Assembly (NCBI GenBank): GCA_000166095.1
Contig: CP002278.1
Location: 570,001-602,000, forward strand
Source of the DNA: Methanothermus fervidus DSM 2088
GTDB lineage: Archaea > Methanobacteriota > Methanobacteria > DSM-2088 > Methanothermaceae
DNA: 32,000 bases
Direction of reading: 5' to 3'
The translations under genes and the position numbers were made by a program. The notes beneath the pieces are model-generated. The model did not search any database and had not been told where the DNA came from. It saw only the letters and a list, made by a program, of their open reading frames with translations. Positions 1 through 11,427 of this stretch are shown here, piece by piece (the first letter of the stretch is position 1; every line of letters begins with the position of its first letter).

Positions 1-362
1 CACAAATGATGCTAAAGTTAGCTAAAGAACATGCAAAATTTTTAGAAGCAGAAGTAGTTAGGGTTATACATGTGCCTGGAGTTTTTGAAATACCATTAGC
101 AGTAAAATTCCTTTTGGAGAATGAAGATGTTGACGCAGTTGTGACACTTGGTGCTGTAATTGAGGGTGAAACAGATCATGATCAGGTTGTAATGCAACAA
201 GCTTCACGAAAAATTATTGATCTCTCTCTTGAATATAATAAACCAGTAGCATTAGGAATTTCAGGTCCAGGAATGAGTAGACTTGAGGCTCATGAAAGAG
301 TCAAATATGCTAAAAGGGCTGTAGAGGCTGCTGTCAAAATGTGCAAGCGATTGAAAAGCTAA
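1..362 (+). CDS. ribH: 6,7-dimethyl-8-ribityllumazine synthase, 5' truncated by window edge
   Basis: Motifs [26 protein letters not shown] and PVALGISG. The frame stays open to base 3 (Gln before MM), so the true start lies outside the window. Confidence 0.93.
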   Translation, partial: QMMLKLAKEHAKFLEAEVVRVIHVPGVFEIPLAVKFLLENEDVDAVVTLGAVIEGETDHDQVVMQQASRKIIDLSLEYNKPVALGISGPGMSRLEAHERVKYAKRAVEAAVKMCKRLKS

Positions 363-374
363 AAGGGATTTCTA

Positions 375-1307
375 ATGGAAATTTATACCCCCAATGAATT
401 AAGAAAAAAATTTAAAGATCCATGGGTAGCCCCATACAAAAAAATAATTACAATGGTGGATGATCAGATTGTAGAACTGGTTGAATATCATCCATGTATT
501 TCAGGTTCAGAATGGATGATCTACCAGTATAAACGGACAAGTAACTTAGTTTTAGATGCATATAGAGATGGAAACAAACATGTCTATATAGTTAAAGTAG
601 GTAAAGAAAAATTAAATTTGAAAGCCAGTTTTAGTGCTGCAGGGATCGAAGAAGTGAATGTAAAAGATGATGAAGTCAGGATTGTACATGCAGGTCTTGC
701 TGGGGCAGGTGTTGGTGCAGCTATTTGTAGAGGAATGGCAGAGGGTGTAAAAAGAATAGAAATATATAGTTTAGGCGGCGGATCCAAATTAGGAAAAGCA
801 GCTGTAATAACTCCTTTGATGAAGAAAATCGTAATTGGGATAGATGATACAGATACAAAAGAACAAGGTGCAACTTGGACTTTAGCACACAATCTTGGGA
901 CAAAATTGAAAGAAAAGGGGTATGAATATATTGATCATGTAATAGTACAGCTTTACCCAAAGAATCCTAATAAAACACAAAACTGCGTTGCAGTAGCACT
1001 AACGTTTGCTGTTAGGCCAGGAATGGAGGAAAAACTCGTTAATAATGCAGTGAAATTCCTTGAAAAAGCAACGCTTTCTGATAATACTGCAATAGCTGTC
1101 TTTGAAGGTATTAAAATCCCTGAAGAACTTATAAAATATTCAATAAAAGCTAAAACTAAAATGGTATCTTTAGATGAATGTTTAACCACTGCAAAAAAAT
1201 TAGGTATCAGTCTGATAGATGTGACTGGCGAGAAAGGTAAGATAGGTGCATTAGCTGCCATAGGATTGCATAACAATGTTAAGGAGGCTGTGAAACTTTA
1301 TTGCTGA
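375..1307 (+). CDS. Methanogenesis marker protein 11 (DDTD motif)
   Basis: 310 aa with IGIDDTDTKEQGATWTLAHNL and the PWVAPY/GGGSKLGKA regions recalled from the Mmp11 family; AAGGGA ribosome-binding site just upstream. Confidence 0.85.
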   Translation: MEIYTPNELRKKFKDPWVAPYKKIITMVDDQIVELVEYHPCISGSEWMIYQYKRTSNLVLDAYRDGNKHVYIVKVGKEKLNLKASFSAAGIEEVNVKDDEVRIVHAGLAGAGVGAAICRGMAEGVKRIEIYSLGGGSKLGKAAVITPLMKKIVIGIDDTDTKEQGATWTLAHNLGTKLKEKGYEYIDHVIVQLYPKNPNKTQNCVAVALTFAVRPGMEEKLVNNAVKFLEKATLSDNTAIAVFEGIKIPEELIKYSIKAKTKMVSLDECLTTAKKLGISLIDVTGEKGKIGALAAIGLHNNVKEAVKLYC

Positions 1308-1320
1308 ATCATTGTTAAGA

Positions 1321-1623
1321 TCATGAAAAGTTTTGCCTTTTTTCTATTACTTGTTTTTTAGATTTCTCTGCTAGATCTTGAAGTCCGGAAACAACGCTTT
1401 CAGGTAAAATGTCGTTCCCATTTTCAAAGATTATTTTTGATATTATTGCTGAGAGAACAAATATAGCGCACTTGTGTTCAATCTTTGTTCTGTGAATATG
1501 GTGAGGACTTATGTTAAGGGATAAATATTCTTTAGGTTCCTCATTTACATTCTCAACAGTTTTTAAGTATTTTAAAACGTAAACTAAAAATTGATGTAAT
1601 TGTATCAATTCATCTTTATACAT
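1321..1623 (-). CDS. UPF0058 family protein
   Basis: MYKDELIQLHQFLVYVLKYL...HHIHRTKIEHKCAIF...S pattern typical of archaeal UPF0058; SD GGGAGG upstream. Confidence 0.75.
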   Translation of the reverse strand: MYKDELIQLHQFLVYVLKYLKTVENVNEEPKEYLSLNISPHHIHRTKIEHKCAIFVLSAIISKIIFENGNDILPESVVSGLQDLAEKSKKQVIEKRQNFS

Positions 1624-1764
1624 TTTATCCTCCCATTAAAATCACAAAGATTTTATGCTAGAGATTATTACTCCTTAATATACTTTTTTGGTTCAATGCA
1701 ATAAAAAATGTATTTATCATAATAATTTGATTCCCAATATTATTACTTATAGGAGAAAGATAGG

Positions 1765-3057
1765 ATGGAAGTTGTTGTGTTTAAAAAAGAAAAAATAGAG
1801 AATTTAATAAAAAGATCTGAAATTGATATAAGCACTGTTATACCGAAAGTTAGTGAAATAATAAGGGAAGTAAAAGAATGTGGGGATGAAGCACTAATAA
1901 ATTTAACTCGAAAGTTTGATGGAGTAGAAATTGATAAAATTAAAGTTACAAAAGATGAAATAAAAAGAAGTTACAAACGATTAGATGATAGCATTATTCA
2001 TGCATTAAAAAAAGCTTCAAAAAATATTAAAAAATTTCATGAACGACAAATTCCAAAAGAATGGTTTATAAATAATGATATTTATGCTGGACAAATAATT
2101 AGACCAATTGAAAGTGTAGGGTGTTACATACCAGGAGGTAGAGCTGTATATCCATCTACAGCATTGATGACAATAATTCCTGCGAAAGTTGCAGGAGTAA
2201 AAAGAGTTGTATGTTGTACACCTCCACAAGAAAATGGATTTGTTGATGATGCAACTTTAGTTGCTGCAGATATTGCAGGAGCAGACGAAATATATAAAGT
2301 GGGTGGAGTCCAAGCGATAGCTGCACTAGCTTATGGTACTGAAACAATAAGGCCTGTCAATAAAATTGTTGGACCAGGAAACATATTTGTCACTGCTGCA
2401 AAAAAACTTGTTTATGGAGATGTAGACATAGATTTTCTTGCTGGACCTTCAGAGGTTTTAATAATTGCTGATGAAAATGCTAAAGAAGAATACATTACTG
2501 CTGAAATGTTGGCACAAGCAGAACATGATCCACAAGCTTCATCAGTTCTTGTTACCAATTCAACGAAAATTGCAAACAACGTTAGATCCCTGATTAAAAA
2601 GAAAATTAAAAAATATAAAAGAAGAGAAATTATTGAAAAATCATTAAAAGAAAATGGTAAAATTGTAATAACTAAAAACATTAGAGAATCTATTGACTTT
2701 GCTAACAAATATGCGCCTGAACATCTAGTATTAATGGTTAAAAATCCAGAAAAATATTTAAAATATATAAACAATGCAGGTTCAATATTTTTGGGTGATA
2801 ATACACCAGTATCAGCTGGAGATTATGGATTAGGAAGTAATCATGTTTTACCAACTGGAGGATTTGCAAAAGCATGTGGAGGTCTATCTACAGAATCATT
2901 TATTAAAAAAATAACTGTGCAAAAACTTTCTAAAAAAGGACTACTTTCCCTAAAAGATATCGTAATTCCACTTTCAGAATATGAAGGTTTGGACGGACAT
3001 GCAAAATCTTTCAAGAAAAGACTAGAGGTGTTAAAAAGTGAGCATGATAAATGTTAA
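1765..3057 (+). CDS. hisD: Histidinol dehydrogenase
   Basis: 430 aa; [61 protein letters not shown]. Confidence 0.97.
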   Translation: MEVVVFKKEKIENLIKRSEIDISTVIPKVSEIIREVKECGDEALINLTRKFDGVEIDKIKVTKDEIKRSYKRLDDSIIHALKKASKNIKKFHERQIPKEWFINNDIYAGQIIRPIESVGCYIPGGRAVYPSTALMTIIPAKVAGVKRVVCCTPPQENGFVDDATLVAADIAGADEIYKVGGVQAIAALAYGTETIRPVNKIVGPGNIFVTAAKKLVYGDVDIDFLAGPSEVLIIADENAKEEYITAEMLAQAEHDPQASSVLVTNSTKIANNVRSLIKKKIKKYKRREIIEKSLKENGKIVITKNIRESIDFANKYAPEHLVLMVKNPEKYLKYINNAGSIFLGDNTPVSAGDYGLGSNHVLPTGGFAKACGGLSTESFIKKITVQKLSKKGLLSLKDIVIPLSEYEGLDGHAKSFKKRLEVLKSEHDKC

Positions 3058-4354
3058 AAAAAGAACACATTACTCTGATGAAATTACGCCTGACATGGAT
3101 GGAAAAAAAGTATCATTGGTAGGTTGGGTACATGAAATAAGAGACTTGGGAGGTATTGTATTTTTACTTTTAAGAGATAGAGAGGGAATAATTCAAGTTA
3201 CTGCACCAAGTAAAAAAGTGGATAAAGAATTAATGGATAAAATGAGAAAATCTGGAAAGGAATCTGTTATATTTGTGGAAGGCACTGTAAAAGAATCTTC
3301 AAAAGCTCCAAATAATGTTGAGATTATACCAACAAATTTTGAAATAATAAATAAATCAAAACAGCCACTTCCGCTTGACACAACAGGGAAAGTAAAGGCA
3401 GAATTGGATACCAGGTTAGATGCTAGATTTTTAGATTTAAGAAAATTAAATGTAAATGCAATATTTAAAATAAGAAACAAAATGCTTAATTCTGTAAGAA
3501 AATTTTTTGAAGAAAATGGATTTATAGAAATTAATACACCAAAACTTGTTGCTTCTGCAACAGAAGGTGGAACAGCCTTATTCCCAGTTACATATTTTGA
3601 AAGAGAGGCTTTTTTAGGGCAAAGTCCTCAACTTTACAAACAGATGATGATGGCTGCAGGTTTTGAAAAAGTTTATGAGATTGGACCAATTTTTAGGGCA
3701 GAAGAACATGATACATTAAGACATTTGAATGAAGCTATATCTATAGATATTGAAGTTTCATTTGCTAATCATGAAGATGTCATGAAGATTCTTGAAAATC
3801 TCATTGTTAGGGTTATTGAAGATCTAAACAAAAGTTGTAAAAAAGAATTAAAAATATTAAATAAAAAATTAGAGGTTCCTGAAACTCCATTTGAGAGAAT
3901 AACATATGATGAAGTAATTGAAATTGTAAATTCTAAGGGAGTAGTACTGGAATATGGAGAAGATCTATCAAGGGCTGCTGAAAAGGCCCTTGGTGAAGAA
4001 ATGGATAATTATTACTTTATTATAGATTGGCCAACCTCAATAAAACCATTCTATGTTATGCCAAATGAAAAAAATCCAGAGAAATGTTATGCATTTGACT
4101 TGATGTATAAAGATTTAGAGATATCTTCAGGAGCTATGAGAATTCATGATCATGATTTATTAGTAAAAAGAATTAAGGAACAAGACCTAAATCCTGAATC
4201 CTTTAAATATTATTTAGATGCATTTAAGTATGGAATGCCACCACATGCTGGTTGGGGTCTCGGAGCTGAAAGATTTATGATGGCATTAACAGGTGTAAAA
4301 AATATACGTGAAACTATTTTGTTTCCAAGAGATAGAAGAAGATTAACTCCGTGA
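3038..4354 (+). CDS. aspS: Aspartyl-tRNA synthetase (archaeal type)
   Basis: 438 aa; class II motifs [51 protein letters not shown]; overlaps the hisD end. Confidence 0.95.
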   Translation: MSMINVKKRTHYSDEITPDMDGKKVSLVGWVHEIRDLGGIVFLLLRDREGIIQVTAPSKKVDKELMDKMRKSGKESVIFVEGTVKESSKAPNNVEIIPTNFEIINKSKQPLPLDTTGKVKAELDTRLDARFLDLRKLNVNAIFKIRNKMLNSVRKFFEENGFIEINTPKLVASATEGGTALFPVTYFEREAFLGQSPQLYKQMMMAAGFEKVYEIGPIFRAEEHDTLRHLNEAISIDIEVSFANHEDVMKILENLIVRVIEDLNKSCKKELKILNKKLEVPETPFERITYDEVIEIVNSKGVVLEYGEDLSRAAEKALGEEMDNYYFIIDWPTSIKPFYVMPNEKNPEKCYAFDLMYKDLEISSGAMRIHDHDLLVKRIKEQDLNPESFKYYLDAFKYGMPPHAGWGLGAERFMMALTGVKNIRETILFPRDRRRLTP

Positions 4355-4357
4355 TTT

Positions 4358-4990
4358 TTGATGATGGGTGCATCAACAAAACAAGGTTATGAAATTGCAA
4401 AAAAAAGTCGTAAGATAGTGAGATTACTTATTGAAGATAAAATAAAAAATTTTTCTAAAGAGGAAAGAAAAATAATTGAGAGGGTTGTCCACTCTACAGC
4501 TGATTTAGATTTCGCTGAGTTAATCGAAATTCATCCAAATTTTGTAAATAAAAGTTTGGAAGCTTTAAATAATAATGAAGATATTTTTGTAGATGTAAAA
4601 ATGGTTAAGGTTGGAATAAATAAATACCCTGGGAATATATTATGTTATATCGATGATAAAGACGTAATCAAATTAGCTAAGAAAAAACAAATAACAAGAG
4701 CTGCAGCATCTGTTGAACATCTTGTGAATACAAATTTTAATGGAATTGTTGTTATAGGTAACTCCCCAACTGCATTATACAAAATAATTGAATTTCATAA
4801 AAAGAATAAATTAAAAGTTAAGAGTGTAATTGGTGTACCAGTTGGATTTGTATCTGCAGAAGAAGCAAAAGAAATGTTAAAAGATTCAGGTATTCCTTAT
4901 TTAATAACTAGAGGTCCAAAAGGAGGTACATCTGTAGCTGTAGCTGCAATAAATTCACTTATAAATATGAGGGATAAAAATGAATTCTAA
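4358..4990 (+). CDS. cbiC: Precorrin-8X / cobalt-precorrin-8 methylmutase
   Basis: 210 aa; [59 protein letters not shown]. Confidence 0.9.
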   Translation: MMMGASTKQGYEIAKKSRKIVRLLIEDKIKNFSKEERKIIERVVHSTADLDFAELIEIHPNFVNKSLEALNNNEDIFVDVKMVKVGINKYPGNILCYIDDKDVIKLAKKKQITRAAASVEHLVNTNFNGIVVIGNSPTALYKIIEFHKKNKLKVKSVIGVPVGFVSAEEAKEMLKDSGIPYLITRGPKGGTSVAVAAINSLINMRDKNEF

Positions 4991-6236
4991 AAAATTATTT
5001 GAAGAAGCTAAAAAATTTATGCCTGGTGGTGTTAATTCCCCAGTGAGAGCTTTTGAACCTTATCCATTTTTTGTTGAAAGAGGTAGAGGATGTTTTATTT
5101 ATGACATCGATGGAAATTCATATATTGATTATTGTTTAGCATATGGACCATTAATACTTGGACATGCTCATCCTTCGGTTGTGGCTGCTGTATATAAACA
5201 AGCTGAAAAAGGAACAACTTATGGGACACCGACAGAAAAAGAATTAAAACTTGCAAAATTTGTTGTAGATAAAGTTCCATGTGCAGAAATGGTTAGATTT
5301 GTTAATTCAGGTACTGAGGCAACTATGAGTGCTATAAGATTGGCAAGAGCATTTACAGGCAAAGAGAAAATTGTAAAATTTGAAGGTGCATACCATGGTG
5401 CACATGATTATGTTTTAGTTAAACCTGGTTCTGGTGCTACGACATTGCCAGATTCAGTAGGTATTCCAAAAGAAACAACCAAAAATACAATATTGTGTAC
5501 ATACAATGATGAAGAATCTGTAATAAATGCCATTGAAAATCATGATGTAGCTGCAGTTCTTGTTGAACCTGTTATGGGAAATATAGGATGTATAAAGCCA
5601 AAAAAAGGTTATTTAAAATTTTTAAGAAAAATAACAAAAGAAAATGATATATTATTAATATTTGATGAAGTGATAACAGGGTTTAGATTGGCTGAAGGTG
5701 GAGCACAAGAATATTATGGTGTGACACCTGATTTAGTAACTTTAGGCAAAGTCTTAGGTGGGGGACTCCCAATAGGTGCACTAGCAGGGAAAAAAGAAAT
5801 TATGGAAAATATAGCGCCTAGTGGGGATGTATATCAGGCAGGAACATTTAATGGTAATCCAATGACAATGTCTGCTGGATTAGCAACTCTTAAACATTTA
5901 GATAAAAAATTTTACAAGGAGCTGAATAAAAAAGGTAAATATCTTACAGAAGGAATAAATGACATAGTTGAAGATGTAGGTATTGGATACCTATCATCTG
6001 TTGGATCAATGTTTCAAATTTATTTCACTGAGGGAAAAGTACTTAATCATGAAGATGCTAAAAAATCAAATGTGAAAGTTTTTAATAAATATTTCAAAAC
6101 ATTGTTGAAGGAAGGAGTTTTTGTTCCACCGTCACAATTTGAGTGTTGTTTTATATCTGATGCTCATGACTACAAAATTCTTGATAATACACTTGAAAAA
6201 ATTGAGACTTCTCTTAAAAAATTAAAAAATGAATAA
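4980..6236 (+). CDS. hemL: Glutamate-1-semialdehyde 2,1-aminomutase
   Basis: 418 aa; [58 protein letters not shown]. Confidence 0.96.
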   Translation: MNSKKLFEEAKKFMPGGVNSPVRAFEPYPFFVERGRGCFIYDIDGNSYIDYCLAYGPLILGHAHPSVVAAVYKQAEKGTTYGTPTEKELKLAKFVVDKVPCAEMVRFVNSGTEATMSAIRLARAFTGKEKIVKFEGAYHGAHDYVLVKPGSGATTLPDSVGIPKETTKNTILCTYNDEESVINAIENHDVAAVLVEPVMGNIGCIKPKKGYLKFLRKITKENDILLIFDEVITGFRLAEGGAQEYYGVTPDLVTLGKVLGGGLPIGALAGKKEIMENIAPSGDVYQAGTFNGNPMTMSAGLATLKHLDKKFYKELNKKGKYLTEGINDIVEDVGIGYLSSVGSMFQIYFTEGKVLNHEDAKKSNVKVFNKYFKTLLKEGVFVPPSQFECCFISDAHDYKILDNTLEKIETSLKKLKNE

Positions 6237-6948
6237 CATGGTTTCAATAGCTATTGGTGTTGGAAAAAATAAAAATGTAGAAAAAGCAGTTAAAAATGTA
6301 AATTTTGATGTTTTATTAGCCCATTCTGAAGATGAGCTAATTGAAATGATAGAAAATAATGAAGCCGATGCTTATGTAAGAGGTTCTTTATCTTCATCAA
6401 TAATTCTCAAACTTAGAAAAATGGGTGAAATTCATAGAGCATCCCTAATAGAAACAAATGGAAAAAGATTCTTTTTAACACCAGTGGGGATCGATGAAGG
6501 TAGAACTCTCAAAGAAAAGCTTAAAATAATTAAAAAATGTTATAATTTTTTTAAAAAAATAAATTTAAAACCTAAGATAGCTATACTTTCAGGTGGTCGT
6601 AAGGAAGATGTGGGAAGGTCAATAGAAGTTGATAAATCCATAGAGGAAGGTGAAAAATTAGAAAAACTTGCAAAAGATATGGGTGCCAAACATTACTATA
6701 TATTAATAGAGAAGGCAATAAAAGATGGATGTAATCTTGTCGTTGCACCAAATGGTATTTGTGGAAATTTAATTTTTAGGTCTTTAGTGTTAGTAGGTTC
6801 AGCTAAAAGTTATGGGGCAATTTCTTTGGGAATAGATCCAATATTTATAGATACATCAAGATCTCAAACTGTAGAAGGATATATGAGAGCTCTAAAATTT
6901 GCAAAATATCTTGCAACAAAATTTAAAAAGGAAGGACAATGTCATTAA
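6229..6948 (+). CDS. mtxX: Methanogenesis marker protein 4 / MtxX
   Basis: 239 aa; [66 protein letters not shown]; MtxX-family pattern. Confidence 0.85.
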   Translation: MNNMVSIAIGVGKNKNVEKAVKNVNFDVLLAHSEDELIEMIENNEADAYVRGSLSSSIILKLRKMGEIHRASLIETNGKRFFLTPVGIDEGRTLKEKLKIIKKCYNFFKKINLKPKIAILSGGRKEDVGRSIEVDKSIEEGEKLEKLAKDMGAKHYYILIEKAIKDGCNLVVAPNGICGNLIFRSLVLVGSAKSYGAISLGIDPIFIDTSRSQTVEGYMRALKFAKYLATKFKKEGQCH

Positions 6949-7706
6949 CAAAACCTATTTATAAACTTTATGAATGGCACTTAAAAAGAAATTTAGACAA
7001 AAACAAAATACCGAAGCATGTGGCTATAATTATGGATGGTAACAGACGATATGCTAGATTAATAGGTAGTAAAGATCCAACAATTGGTCACAAGAAGGGT
7101 GTTAAAACATTGGAAAAACTACTTGATTGGTGTATAGAACTTGGAATAAAGATTGTAACTGTTTATGCTTTTTCAACCGAAAATTTTAAAAGACCAAAAC
7201 ATGAAGTCAAAAAGCTAATGAAACTTTTCGAGGAAAATTTCAAAAGGATAAAAACTGATAAAAAAATTCATAAAAATAAAATAAGAGTAAAAGCTATTGG
7301 AAAATTAGAATTATTACCTAAAAATTTGAGGAAAGCTATAAAAGAAGCAGAAGAAGCTACAAAACATTACAAAGAAAGGTTGTTAAATGTTGCTATTGGT
7401 TATGATGGTCGCCAAGAAATTGTTGATGCAGTGAAAAAAATTGCTAAAAAAGTTAAAGAAGGTAAACTTTCACTAAATGAAATAAACGAAGAGGTTGTTG
7501 ATAAACATCTTTATACAGCGGAAGTAGAGGATCCACAATTAATTATAAGGACTAGTGGAGAAGAAAGATTGAGTGGTTTCTTGCTATGGCAGTCCTCCTA
7601 TTCTGAACTTTATTTCTGTGATAGTTTATGGCCAGAATTCAGGAAGGTAGATTTTTTGAGAGCTATAAGATCATATCAACAAAGAGAAAGAAGATTTGGT
7701 AGGTGA
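6939..7706 (+). CDS. uppS: cis-prenyltransferase (ditrans,polycis-polyprenyl diphosphate synthase)
   Basis: [73 protein letters not shown]. Confidence 0.95.
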   Translation: MSLTKPIYKLYEWHLKRNLDKNKIPKHVAIIMDGNRRYARLIGSKDPTIGHKKGVKTLEKLLDWCIELGIKIVTVYAFSTENFKRPKHEVKKLMKLFEENFKRIKTDKKIHKNKIRVKAIGKLELLPKNLRKAIKEAEEATKHYKERLLNVAIGYDGRQEIVDAVKKIAKKVKEGKLSLNEINEEVVDKHLYTAEVEDPQLIIRTSGEERLSGFLLWQSSYSELYFCDSLWPEFRKVDFLRAIRSYQQRERRFGR

Positions 7707-8458
7707 AAAAATTGATAGACATTCATTGCCATCTTGATTTCAAAAATTTCAATAAGGATCGTGAAGAAGTCATAAATCGTGCAAAAAAGAAATTGACAGC
7801 TGTTATTAATTCTGGAGCATCATATGAAGGTAATAAAAAAACTTTAAAACTTTCTAAAGAATATGAGGGATTCATATACCCAACACTTGGTTTTCATCCA
7901 ACAAATAATGAGCCTATAGATAGAACCATCGAAGAAATAGAGAAAAATGTAGAGTATATAGTTGGTATTGGTGAAGTTGGAATGGACTTTTATCGTGTGG
8001 AAGATCCTGAAGAAAGAAAAAAACAAGAACATATTTTTAAAAAATTTATAGAGCTTTCAAATGAATATGAACTCCCTCTGGTTATTCATGCAAGAGAATG
8101 TGAAGATCGCGTGTTTGAAATAGTTAAGGAACTTAAAGATGATTCAAATGTTGTGTTTCATTGTTATAGTGGAAGTGTAGAGCTTGCTAAAAAAATATTA
8201 GAAGAAGGATATTATATTTCTGTTCCAACTCTTGTATGTTTTTCAAAACATCATCAAAATATTGTAAAAAATTTACCTCTGGAAAAAATTTTAACAGAGA
8301 CTGATAGTCCATTTTTATCCCCTTATAGAGGTAAAAGAAACGAACCATCATTTGTTGAAGAAGCTGTTAAAAAAATAGCTGAACTAAAATCCGTGAGCAT
8401 AGAAAAAGTAGATGAAATAACAGATAGAAATGCTAGAAAAGTTTTTAATATTGGGTGA
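7703..8458 (+). CDS. TatD family metal-dependent hydrolase
   Basis: [55 protein letters not shown]. Confidence 0.92.
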   Translation: MKKLIDIHCHLDFKNFNKDREEVINRAKKKLTAVINSGASYEGNKKTLKLSKEYEGFIYPTLGFHPTNNEPIDRTIEEIEKNVEYIVGIGEVGMDFYRVEDPEERKKQEHIFKKFIELSNEYELPLVIHARECEDRVFEIVKELKDDSNVVFHCYSGSVELAKKILEEGYYISVPTLVCFSKHHQNIVKNLPLEKILTETDSPFLSPYRGKRNEPSFVEEAVKKIAELKSVSIEKVDEITDRNARKVFNIG

Positions 8459-8462
8459 TCAC

Positions 8463-9113
8463 TTGAGACCTTATGTGATTCTAAATGCTGCAATGACTCT
8501 TGATGGTAAAATTGCCACTAAAACCTATGACTCTAAAATTTCAGGTGAGGAGGATCTCATCAGAGTCCATAAATTAAGAAAAGAATGTGATGGAATAATG
8601 GTAGGTATAAATACTGTCATTATAGATGATCCAAGATTAACCGTGCATAAAATAAATTCGAAGCCATCTGATAACCCTGTGAGAGTTATTGCTGACAGTA
8701 GAGCAAGAACTCCATTGAATGCAAGAGTATTAAATAATGAAGCACCTACAGTAATCGCTGTTAGCGAGAAAGCTAAAAATGAAAAAGTTGAAAAGCTTAA
8801 AAAAAGAGCAAAAGTGTTAGTACTTGGAAAGGAAAGAGTTGACCTCGTGGCACTAATGGAAAAACTCAAAGACATGGGAATAAATAAATTAATGTTAGAA
8901 GGAGGATCTACATTAAATTTTTCCATGTTATCCAAAGGTTTAGTCGACGAGGTTAGAGTTTGTGTAGCTCCAATGATTGTTGGTGGTAAAGATGCAAAAA
9001 CCTTAGTTGATGGACCTGGCTTTGAAAAAATGGATGAAGCAATAAAATTAAAATTAAAGAAATATTATACACTTGGTAAAGATTTAATTTTAGAATATAA
9101 AGTTATCTATTGA
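8463..9113 (+). CDS. arfC: 2,5-diamino-6-ribosylamino-4(3H)-pyrimidinone 5'-phosphate reductase (archaeal riboflavin/F420 pathway)
   Basis: [53 protein letters not shown]. The ORF track opens at 8430, but GGTGATC (8454-8460) positions the TTG at 8463. Confidence 0.88.
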   Translation: MRPYVILNAAMTLDGKIATKTYDSKISGEEDLIRVHKLRKECDGIMVGINTVIIDDPRLTVHKINSKPSDNPVRVIADSRARTPLNARVLNNEAPTVIAVSEKAKNEKVEKLKKRAKVLVLGKERVDLVALMEKLKDMGINKLMLEGGSTLNFSMLSKGLVDEVRVCVAPMIVGGKDAKTLVDGPGFEKMDEAIKLKLKKYYTLGKDLILEYKVIY

Positions 9114-9753
9114 TTATTCTTTTCGGATATTTATCTAAAGCTTTTTTTGCAATTTTTTTTGGTAATCCTGAGCCTATTGCTAATTTATAAGCAAAATTGT
9201 AATCTATGAGATCTTCAGGTGAATGTGCATCACTGTTAACAACAACGGGAATATCTAACTCCATTGCTATTTTTGCAACATGACCATTTGATAAACAATG
9301 TCCAGCCCTAGAGGTTATTTCAAGTGCCACATCATTTTCTTTGGCTATTTCAGCATCTTCATAGCTTATTAATCCTGGATGTGCTAATATGTCAACTTCA
9401 GGACATTCCACCGCAGCATGGTTTGTGCCCTTTGCAACAGGTTCAACTAAAGATTCTCCATGAACTAATATTATTTCTGCGCCTAAATTTCTGGCTTTAT
9501 TTGCTAATTTTTCTATCACTTCTGGAGGTACATGTGTTATCTCTACACCAGGAATAACTTTAATTTCCCAATTTTCTTCGATGTCATCTACAACTCTAAT
9601 AATATTCTCAACACAATATATATTTGAGTGATCAACATGATCTGTTATTGCAATAGCTTCATGTCCTAAAAATTTTGCGCGACGGGCTATTTCCGAAGGT
9701 ATAAGATCTCCATCACTAAATATACTATGAATATGCAAGTCTATCCTCTTCAT
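9103..9753 (-). CDS. PHP-domain phosphoesterase (histidinol-phosphatase-like)
   Basis: [62 protein letters not shown]. Confidence 0.85.
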   Translation of the reverse strand: MKRIDLHIHSIFSDGDLIPSEIARRAKFLGHEAIAITDHVDHSNIYCVENIIRVVDDIEENWEIKVIPGVEITHVPPEVIEKLANKARNLGAEIILVHGESLVEPVAKGTNHAAVECPEVDILAHPGLISYEDAEIAKENDVALEITSRAGHCLSNGHVAKIAMELDIPVVVNSDAHSPEDLIDYNFAYKLAIGSGLPKKIAKKALDKYPKRIINR

Positions 9754-9771
9754 TTAATTCCCTCCTAAAAA

Positions 9772-10608
9772 GTGATTAACATGGTTTCGGTATTTGTCCC
9801 ATCTCATATAACAGGATTTTTCCAAGTGGTAGATCATAATAATCCTCTCAAAAAAGGGTCAAGAGGTGCTGGTATAGTAATAAATAGAGGAGTGACAACT
9901 ACAGTAAAGTCTTCTAATAAGACTAAGATAGATGGTTTGGAGATAATTGCTAAAAAAGTTATTGAAGTAATGAAAAGATATTACAACATTGGAAATATTA
10001 AAGTTAAACATGAGATTGACGTACCTATTGGATGTGGATTAGGAGTTTCAGGTGCATGTGCTTTAGGCACTGCCATTGGAATTGCTAAAGAATTAAAATT
10101 ACCTATAACTCTCAACCAAGCAGCTGATTTCGCACATTTAGCAGAAGTTGAGCTCAAAACAGGTTTGGGGGACGTTATTGCAGAGTTGTCTGGCGGGTTA
10201 GTTATAAGAACTAGAGAAGGTGCTCCTAGTTATGGAAAAATAGATAAAATAATTGTTCCATCACTTTATGTTATAATAAAGGTATTGGATAAGATAAATA
10301 CACCTGCTATTTTAAAAGATAAGTTATATTTAGAAAAAATAAACAAGATTGGGGAAAAAATGTTGAAGAAGATATTGATACAACCTTCACTAAAAAATTT
10401 TCTAAATTTATCTTCTAACTTTTCTAAAAAGATATCTATAGTGACACCTGAAATTAAAGATATAATGGATATTATGAATGAAGAAACAATTGGGTCTTCT
10501 GTAGCAATGTTAGGTAAAACAATATTTGGAATATCTGAAACTCCAGAAACTTCATTAGATGATGTAATAATTGCAAAAATTGATTTTACTGGCGCTAGAA
10601 TCTTATAA
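9772..10608 (+). CDS. Pantoate kinase (GHMP family, archaeal CoA pathway)
   Basis: VFVPSHITGFFQ, GSRGAGIVINRGV, VPIGCGLGVSGACALGTAIG, AEVELKTGLGDV; start may be 9772 (GTG) or 9781 (ATG). Confidence 0.85.
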   Translation: MINMVSVFVPSHITGFFQVVDHNNPLKKGSRGAGIVINRGVTTTVKSSNKTKIDGLEIIAKKVIEVMKRYYNIGNIKVKHEIDVPIGCGLGVSGACALGTAIGIAKELKLPITLNQAADFAHLAEVELKTGLGDVIAELSGGLVIRTREGAPSYGKIDKIIVPSLYVIIKVLDKINTPAILKDKLYLEKINKIGEKMLKKILIQPSLKNFLNLSSNFSKKISIVTPEIKDIMDIMNEETIGSSVAMLGKTIFGISETPETSLDDVIIAKIDFTGARIL

Positions 10609-10632
10609 TAATAAATCCTGGGGGCAAATCCT

Positions 10633-11427
10633 ATGATAGGTAAAAAAATTAGGATGGAACGAATATTTGATAGAGAAAGTAAAAAAACTGTTATAGTACC
10701 CATGGACCATGGAGTGTCTCTTGGTCCAATAAAGGGCCTAAAAAACATGCCTAAAATAATAGATGAAGTAGCAAATGGGGGAGCAAATGCTGTATTATTA
10801 CACAAAGGCATGGTTGAAGCTGGTCACAGAGGATATGGAAGAGATATTGGACTTATAGTGCATCTTTCAGCTAGTACTTCTTTAGGACCAGATCCAAACC
10901 ACAAAGTACTTGTAACAACTGTTGAGGAAGCTATAAAGCTTGGAGCTGATGCAGTATCAGTACATGTCAATGTAGGATCTGAAGAGGAAGCAGAAATGTT
11001 AACAAAATTAGGCATGGTTGCTGAAGCATGTAGAGAATGGTCAATGCCATTATTATCTATGATGTATCCTAGAGGCAAAAAAATTGAAAATGAGCACGAT
11101 GTTGAAGTTGTTAAATTAGCTGCTCGTGTTGGAGCTGAATTAGGATCAGATGTTGTAAAAACAAATTATACAGGAGATCCAGATAGCTTCAAAGAAGTTG
11201 TAAAGGGTTGTCCAGTGCCAGTGGTTATTGCAGGAGGACCCAAAGTTGAAACAGAAGAAGAATTTTTAGAAATGGTAAAAGGTGCTATAGAAGCAGGAGC
11301 ATCTGGAGTTGCAATTGGTAGAAATATATTCCAAGCAGAATCTCCTGAAAAGATGACAAAAGCTGTTTCTGCAATAGTACATAAAAACTTTGATGTAGAA
11401 GAAGCATTGGAAATTTTAAAGGAGTAA
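10633..11427 (+). CDS. aroA': 2-amino-3,7-dideoxy-D-threo-hept-6-ulosonate synthase (class I aldolase fold)
   Basis: [77 protein letters not shown]. Confidence 0.92.
   Translation: MIGKKIRMERIFDRESKKTVIVPMDHGVSLGPIKGLKNMPKIIDEVANGGANAVLLHKGMVEAGHRGYGRDIGLIVHLSASTSLGPDPNHKVLVTTVEEAIKLGADAVSVHVNVGSEEEAEMLTKLGMVAEACREWSMPLLSMMYPRGKKIENEHDVEVVKLAARVGAELGSDVVKTNYTGDPDSFKEVVKGCPVPVVIAGGPKVETEEEFLEMVKGAIEAGASGVAIGRNIFQAESPEKMTKAVSAIVHKNFDVEEALEILKE

Noticed and set aside
584-1276. Antisense ORFs within mmp11 (584..892, 721..960, 953..1276)
   Set aside because: Shadow ORFs opposite a conserved gene with low-complexity translations.
1624-1764. tRNA or small RNA search in the UPF0058-hisD gap and other intergenic regions
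   Set aside because: No cloverleaf, T-loop GTTCRANNC pattern or stable GC stem was seen; the gaps read as AT-rich promoters.
9324-9557. Plus-strand 77-aa Leu-rich ORF opposite the PHP gene
   Set aside because: Antisense shadow of a gene with clear PHP motifs.
10266-10811. Antisense 181-aa ORF on the minus strand
   Set aside because: Fully shadowed by the well-supported pantoate kinase and aldolase genes on the plus strand; no motif and an implausible Ile/Phe/Ser-rich composition.
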